A DNA stretch of 64,000 nucleotides, taken from Macrostomum lignano (lineage: Eukaryota). The translations under genes were made by a program, and so were the position numbers. Every line of letters begins with the position of its first letter. The first letter of the stretch is position 1. The notes beneath the pieces are model-generated. The model searched no databases, was not told where the DNA came from, and saw only the letters and a program-made list of their open reading frames with translations. The DNA lies in the NCBI GenBank assembly GCA_002269645.1, contig NIVC01000385.1, positions 434,001 through 498,000 of the forward strand, written 5' to 3'. Of this stretch, positions 57,201 to 64,000 are shown in pieces.

Positions 57201-60200
57201 AGCTGACTTCTGAGCACATAAGAGCGAAGCCAATGCTGTACGCAGACACGCACTCAAACACACGCTCACACAGGGTGTACAGCGGCCCTGACTTTCTAAT
57301 TGTCAGGCATGTACACTCTGTGCCTTGGGGGTTGGCCCTAATGGTTGTCGGAAAACTTTTTTTACCTCAAGGGCCTCAAGAAAAACAATCTTGCGTAAAG
57401 ACTGCAGGCCTGATGAGAAAGGAGAGAGGAAACAAGAAAGAAGAGAGGGGAGTGTGAAGAGAGTGGAGAGGAGAGAGGAGGAGCTGAGAGAAGAGAGGAG
57501 AGTGTGAAGAGAGTGGAGAGGAGAGAAGAGGAGCTGAGAGAAGAGAAGAGAGTGTGAAGAGAGTGGAGAGAAGAGAGTAAGAGTTGAGAGAAAAGAGGAG
57601 AGTGAGAAGAGAGGAGAGAGGAGGAGCTGAGAGAAGAGAGGAGAGTGGGGGAGCTGAGAGAAGAGAGGAGAGAGGAGAAGCAGGAGAGAAGAGAGGAGGA
57701 GCTGAGAGAAGAGGGGAGAGTGGGGGAGCTGAGAGAAGAGAGGAGAGAGGAGACAGAATAGAGGGGAGAGAAGAGAGAGGAGGAGCTGAGAGAAGAGAGT
57801 AAGAGTTGAGAGAAAATAGGAGAGTGAGAAGAGAGGAGAGAGGAGGAGCTGAGAGAAGAGAGGAGAGTGGGGGAGCTGAGAGAAGAGAGGAGAGAGGAGA
57901 CAGAAGAGAGAGGAGAGGAGAAGCAGGAGAGAAGAGAGAGGAGGAGCTGAGAGAAGAGAGTAAGAGTTGAGAGAAAATAGGAGAGTGAGAAGAGAGGAGA
58001 GAGGAGGAGCTGAGAGAAGAGAGGAGAGTGGGGGAGCTGAGAGAAGAGAGGGGAGAGGAGAAGCAGGAGAGAAGAGAGAGAAGTTTCAAAGGCCCTCAGA
58101 CCGGAGTTTGACGCCCCATGCCTTAGGCCAACTTTCATCTTTCATGCACACAAGCTCCAAAAAATGTGATGGCACACGGAATTGAACCAGCTAGAGGGTC
58201 ATGGCGTGAGATTCAGACGTGTTTACCGCTGAGCTGCTCTGCCCCATCTCGTATGTACTACTTACTAAGTAGCTTTCTTATAGCTTGAAAAGTTTTTGGT
58301 TTTCTGTCCTGTCCGGAATTTTCAGATGTTTTTTTTCAGAAATCTAGGATATGGAAGCAATTATCTGCGTGTGTGACTAATATGCATGTATTCAATATAA
58401 TGAGTAGCGCGATCAACTAAATAATATAATTTGAAAAATTCCTTTTAAAGTAAAAAAGTATGTTTCATTATTATTATTAATACAATTACGTCATTAATAG
58501 TTCTAAAGAATTCGCTCTGTTAATTAGGGCAGCTCTTTTACATGCACGGATTAAAATTGAAATGAAAACACGATATGGTGTTCACTAAAGTACTCTGTGC
58601 ACTCTACGCTCGTATAAGCTTATGAAATTAGTGTCCTTTTCTATAGATTCTTATCATCCCGTATTCGCACGCACTTTTAATAATCCAATATAGAAATTTA
58701 AAACATTTTTGATAGCAGTATCGAGATATTGGAAAATTTAGTGTTGAAAAAACTAACTTTTTTCATGTAGTCGTCCGTGATTCCAGACTACTGTTAGTAG
58801 CAGTAGTAGAATTAAAACACAACTGCATGCTAGATTTTACGTAATTTTGATTTGTATTTTTTTCGAAAAGTGCCAACTTTTTGGCTCATACACTCGTACT
58901 TACAGTAGTAATGTCGATTCACGGATTAAGATTTTTTTAAAAATATATGACTTAGATTGCTTCACTCTGAGTTGAACTTCTAGATTACAGTATTTCAATT
59001 GTGAACCTAGTTTTGGCTTTGAGATAGCTTCTTGACAACTTAAAATTTCTGCAGTGTCCTTTGTGTCTTAGTGTCCATCTTTATGTGTCTTAGTGTCCAT
59101 CTTCATTTGTCTTAGTGTCCATCTTCATGTTTCTTAGTGTCCATCTTCATGTCTTAGTGTCCATCTTCATGTTTCTTGGTGTCCTTCTCTATGTCTTAGT
59201 GCCTATCTTTGTGTGTCTTAGTAGTTAGTATCTTTGTGCGCTATTTGTGTGTCCTAGTGTCCGTCTCCTTGTGTCTTAGCATCTATCTTAAGCAAAGAAA
59301 GAAGTACACTAAGTAACGCTAAAAGTAGACACTAAGACACTAAGATAGACAAAAGACACACAAAGACAGACACAAAGACATTATATTTAAACATTAAGAC
59401 ACAGTCAGATAGCTACTAAAACTGTAAAAAGCATGAAAAACGCAGCCCTTATGACTGAAATACGTACAACTTGTGTGTAGTAACATTTGCCACCAACATT
59501 TTATTGACTAAATCTCTATACCCAAGTGTCGCTGTATTATACAACTTGCTAATGCCATACCCTATGAGCCAATTTAATAAAGTAATCATATCACAAATAG
59601 ATATAGTTAGCTAAGTATCAAGTATCAAAACGAAGTTTCTAACTATAACCCGTAACCTTACCCGTTGCCATAACCCGCTACTTCACAGGAGGCTGATATA
59701 TTTCTATCTAGTCAACAGCCCCATTGGAGTCTAGCTTTGCTAACTAGAATTGACTCGCCTGGCGGATTGCACGACTTTCAAAAATTCTGGAGCAAAGTCG
59801 AAGAGAGACCGGATCTGTGCGGTGAGTAAGGCCTACCTAAAGTTTCGTATGATTGAATAGGGGATTTCCTTTAATCGCCTGTTTTAATTAGGTTCCCAAC
59901 TCATAAAAGGTCATGGAAGGGTTATAGTTCAGGATTTAAGGTCATGGTTAGGGTTTAGGATCATTTTTAGGGTTTAGGACTTTAGGGCCATGGCTAGGGT
60001 TTAGGATCATGATTAGGATTCAGGGTCATGGTTAGAGTTTAGGGTTATGATTAGGGTTTAGGGTCATAATTAGAGTTTAGGTTCACAATTAGAGTTTAGG
60101 GTCATGGTAACGGTTTAGGGTCATGGTTAGGGTTTAGGGCTATAAGTAAGGGTCATGGTTAGGGTTTAGGGCTATAAGTGAGGGTTCTGCTTATGGTTTA

Positions 60201-63200
60201 GGGTCATAAGTAAGAGTCATGCTTAAGGTTGAGGGTCATCGTAGGGTTATGGTATAGGGTCAATTATAAGGTCTTGGTAGGGGTAGGGCAGGTTTAATCA
60301 AAAGTTTTTACATCAAGGTCTAGCTAGAAAGTATATCGCGTGACTGCGGGCCAGATGAGAGAGGAGGAGAGGAAATAGAGATGAGATAGAGACAAGAGAG
60401 CAAAGTACTCAAAAACCTTGAGCATTGAAATAAATCTAGAACTATTTAGAAAACGTGGTTTAAAAAAGTCATCTTTTCTGCAAATGTTTTTATCTTTTTA
60501 AAGACCTTTAAACATTAAAAAAGTCTTATAAATACGGTGCTGTTAGCCAATCTGATAAAAATCTGGTATTAAGAATGGCTGTCAAAATCTGTGCAAACAC
60601 GCGGACACACAGACTCTCAATACACCTGATGATGGCGTATTGTGAAAGTTTTAGCTGAGTAACAAAAAAGCAGACAATTCTACTTAGACTGTGTACATCG
60701 TTAGTTGTCATGTTTAGTATATAGCATTATTATTAATTATATTCCATTTTTGGCCTATAAAAATGGCCTACGCGTTGTGTACGCAGCTACGCTATCTCGC
60801 TCTGGGTGCGCGTACCGTACACTCAATTTTTGAGCCTAAAGATATCGCCGTGGAGAGTCTAATGATTATTTTCGGGTTACATGCACATTGAGCTTGCTTT
60901 TTAATATCTACGAATGTGTGGTGTATTATGCGTGTGTCTGTGTGCGTCTGTCTGGGTAACATGCATAGAGAAAAGAAGAGAGAAAGCCACGAAGTAAGTG
61001 AGGTGAGTTTGAACGCATGGGAACCCCCAACCCCTCCCCTCCCCTCTGTGTCGGGCTTATTGCAGTTATGTTGTGTATGAAATGCATTTAGCCAGCCCTA
61101 CTTGGCTAAACTAAATGCAGTGCTTTTGTTGCTCTGGTCAGGGGACGGGGGGGGGGGCTACGGTATGTGTTGGCTAACTGCAGTCTTGAGTCTTTTCTCT
61201 CCTAATTCTCTACATAAACGTATAAATGTCTGATATATCTGGCTAAGCCAAGTTTTCTCATTTTTTCTCATATATTTCTTATACTTTAAAAAAACACGCC
61301 AATTGTGTAAAAAAACAATTTCTTTAATAACGAGTTTGTAATATACGAAATTCAGTAAGAGAATATATTGTGCAAGATATTGAAAGTTTTCTCTGCCAAC
61401 AAAGTGGCGCAGATATGTCCAGCCCTTTTAAGAGGTTGGCTTCTTTGCGAAGATCAGACACTCGAATACAGCGGCACAGAGAGGCTGCGGTTGACATTGG
61501 GCAGTCTGATTTTCTTTACTTTCCTAGTAAGGCTAATTTTTGTTGTTGCTAATCAATTGCCCTCTCAGTAGTTCTAGCAATTGCTCTCTTAGATTGCCTG
61601 TAGTTCAAGCAATTTCCCTCTCAGATTGTCTGTAGTTCTAGCAATTGCCCTCTCAGATTGCCTGTAGTTCTAGCAATTGCCCTCTCAGATTGCCTGTAGT
61701 TCTAGCAATTGCCCTCTCAGACTGCTTGTAGTTCTAGCAATTGCCCTGTCAGATTGTGTGTAACTCTAGCAATTGCCCTCTCAGATTGCTTGTATTTTTA
61801 GCAATTGCCCTCTCAGATTGTGTGTAGCTCTAGCAATTGCCCTCTCAGATTGTGTGTAGTTCTAGCAATTGCCCTCTCCGATTGTGTGTAGTTCTAGCAA
61901 TTGCCCTCTAAGATTGCCTGTAGTTCTAGCAATTGCCCTCTCATATTGTGTGTAACTCTAGCAATTGCCCTCTCAGATTGCCTGTAGTTCTAGCAATTGC
62001 CCTCTCATATTGTGTGTAACTCTAGCAATTGCCCTCTGAGATTGTGTGTAACTCTAGCAATTGCCCTCTCAGATTGCCTGTAGTTCTAGCAATTGCCCTC
62101 TCCGATTGTGTGTAGTTCTAGCAATTGCCCTCTCAGATTGCCTGTAGTTCTAGCAATTGCCCTCTCAGATTGCCTGTAGTTCTAGCAATTGCCCTCTCAG
62201 ATTGCCTGTAGTTCTAGCAATTGCCCTCTCATATTGTGTGTAACTCTAGCAATTGCCCTCTGAGATTGTGTGTAACTCTAGCAATTGCCCTCTCAGATTG
62301 CCTGTAGTTCTAGCAATTGCCCTCTCAGATTGCCTGTAGTTCTAGCAATTGCCCTCTCAGATTGCCTGTAGTTCTAGCAATTGCCCTCTCAGATTGCCTG
62401 TAGTTCTAGCAATTGCCCTCTCAGATTGTGTGTAATTATCTTATATTAAAAATAGATAATCTAATGCAGGTGCTCCAATGCTTTTAATCCATCCAGATTC
62501 CTCATATGCGTCATCAGCTGATCTGACATCCGGCCAGTCGGACCCCAGCTGGCACCGAGGCAGCATGGCTCAGCTGCATCAGTCAAATCGCAACTCGGCA
62601 ATTTTAACTGGTCAAAATTATCAGCCGCAGCAGCAGCAAAGTGCTGGGGCTAAGATTAAGGTGAGGCTTTTAATTATTATAACTGACACCAGAGTAATAT
62701 ATTATAGCACCTGATAGGTCAATAATAGGTCTAGGTCTATCGGTATTGTACCTCAGGTTGGTCATTGGCGTTCACTCAATCCTAACTATATATCTGTGCA
62801 CCTTCAGTGAACCTCAGCCACCAACAATTGAATGAACATCAACCACCAACTCTTGAGTAAACCTCAACCACCAAAACTTGAGAGTGAACCTCAACCACCA
62901 AAACTTGAGAGTGAACCTCAACCACCAACCCTTGAGTGAACCCCAACCACCAAAACTTGAGAGTGAACCTCAACCACCAAAACTTGAGAGTGAACCTCAA
63001 CCACCAACCCTTGAGTGAACCCCAACCACCAAAACTTGAGAGTGAACCTCAACCACCAAAACTTGAGAGTGAACCTCAACAATCAATCATTGAGTGAACC
63101 TCAACAATCAATCATTGAGTGAACCTCAACAATCAATCATTGAGTGAACCTCAGCCAACTATTAAGTGAACCTCAACTACCAAATCTTCAGTGAGCCTCA

Positions 63201-63721
63201 GCCACCAATCCTTCTGAGAATCTCAACCACCAACCTTTCAGTAAAGATCAACCACCAACCCTTGAGTGAACCTCAACCAACCCACAGTAAACCTCAACCA
63301 ACCCTTGAGTGAAGTTTAACCTCCAACCCAATCTTAAATAAAAAGAAGAGTATCAAATAGTTTATTGCAATATCAGATGTCAGCCAATCAGCATTGCTCT
63401 ATCGCCCATCATCTCGCAGAGTTTATTTCGCGGCATCAGCATCAAGCGTACTCGCAGCATTGCCAAATTGGACTCCCGCGCCAGCAGCAGCAGAGCCACC
63501 GGCAACAGGCCGCCAAGTAGAGAGAATCAATATTATCAATCGTCTGATAGTCACCATAGCAACACTAATAATTCTTCTTTGGCTAGCGGCAGTCAAGATC
63601 AGTCCGGCAGTTTGCAGTCGAGAGGCGCCGATGTCGCTGGCGGAGGTGTCTGGCACGATCGACAGGCCTCCGGTGGACTTCAGGGCCCGATGGCTAGGGT
63701 TGCTATGGATTCAGATGATGA
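54260..63721 (+). CDS. Multi-exon gene of unknown product, probably continuing beyond the window; candidate exons 54260-54323, 55409-55533, 59719-59821, 60547-?, 61356-61526, 62470-62660, 63377-~63721
   Basis: ATG in AAAAACATGG context. Exons 1-4 and exons 61356/62470 join with matching phases at GT-AG sites (MAEGLIHQFKQLGFCGWLQTGELEAYLEK..FNSEEPHWSLALL..). Some internal junctions are unresolved and no family was recognised. Confidence 0.55.
55958..56510. mobile_element. MITE-like element with ~100-bp imperfect terminal inverted repeats
   Basis: 55958-56058 (GGCTTTCAAAAGTGG..CTTCGCCTAGTCAAAGTAGTCTATGGCCCAAACCAA..) is the reverse complement of 56404-56510; no clear TSD. Confidence 0.6.
57228..58244 (-). 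mobile_element. tRNA-derived SINE (same family as 50277) split by a purine-rich satellite
   Basis: Head at 58244-58100 (GCAGCTCAGCGGTAAAC..GCTGGTTCAATTCC); tail at ~57330-57228 matches 50435-50548. Confidence 0.6.
57410..58085. repeat. Polypurine/polypyrimidine compound minisatellite (GAGAGGAGGAGCTGAGAGAA-type)
   Basis: Plus strand is almost entirely A/G. Confidence 0.9.
59060..59400. repeat. Degenerate ~20-bp repeat (GTCTTAGTGTCCATCTTCAT) followed by an eroded inverted copy
   Basis: Direct copies at 59060-59290; AGACACTAAGACAC-type complement at 59320-59400. Confidence 0.6.
59920..60290. repeat. Degenerate TTAGGG-like tract (GGTTAGGGTTTAGGGTCAT), intronic
   Basis: Recurrent TTAGGG/TTTAGGG hexamers with variant spacers. 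Confidence 0.8.
61545..62435. repeat. 32-bp minisatellite (GTTCTAGCAATTGCCCTCTCAGATTGCCTGTA), ~28 copies, intronic
   Basis: Clear 32-bp period between exons ending 61526 and starting 62470. Confidence 0.95.
62805..63325 (+). repeat. 25-27 bp minisatellite (TTGAGTGAACCTCAACCACCAACCC)
   Basis: Visible period; inverted copy of the family from 63770. Confidence 0.9.
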
Positions 63722-63769
63722 GTACGTGTGAGACAATGTGCACAATGGGCTGTTTACAGAATGGTTGGG

Positions 63770-64000
63770 GTTGGTGGTTGAGGTTCACTGCGGGTTGATT
63801 GAGGTTCACTGAGGATTGGTGATTGAGGTTCACTTAAGGATTGGTGGTTGAGGTTCACTCAAGGGTTGGTTGAGGTTCACTCAAGGGTTGGTTGAAGTTG
63901 ACTGAGGGGTTGGTTGAGGTTGACTGAGGGGTTGGTTGAAGTTGACTGAGGGGTTGGTTGAAGTTGACTGAGGGGTTGGTTGAAGTTGACTGAGGGGTTG
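63770..64000 (-). repeat. Inverted array of the same TGAGTGAACCTCAACC family, running off the window
   Basis: GGGTTGGTTGAGGTTCACTCAAG at ~63863 is the exact reverse complement of CTTGAGTGAACCTCAACCAACCC at ~63262. Confidence 0.9.

Noticed and set aside
57362-58138. Ser/Leu-rich 237-258 aa ORFs
   Set aside because: They are translations of the polypyrimidine strand of a simple repeat inside a SINE.

Overview
Eukaryotic DNA, most likely from an invertebrate animal: GT-AG introns, TTAGGG-type tracts, RTE LINEs, tRNA-derived SINEs and Helitrons, with no prokaryotic features. Left half (1602-34995): not random satellite DNA but a ~33 kb head-to-tail array of non-autonomous Helitron-like units, all on the minus strand. 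Many units join at exact CTAG|TC junctions and carry their own 18-30 bp minisatellite arrays and a tRNA-like Pol III cassette. Right half: spliced genes that the ORF track largely misses. These are (i) a minus-strand CK1-superfamily pseudokinase (exons 48675-46380) with all catalytic motifs substituted, (ii) five tandem poly-Ala exons (40835-43599), (iii) five more minus-strand exons (39503-35265) holding an isolated CK1 subdomain-XI-like motif, so (i)-(iii) may be one interrupted gene, (iv) a complete flower/CACFD1 homolog (53728-51718), and (v) a divergently transcribed multi-exon gene of unknown product (54260-63721+). Many introns are filled by their own minisatellite. All gene models were assembled by hand from splice signals, phase continuity and remembered family motifs; no database search was run.
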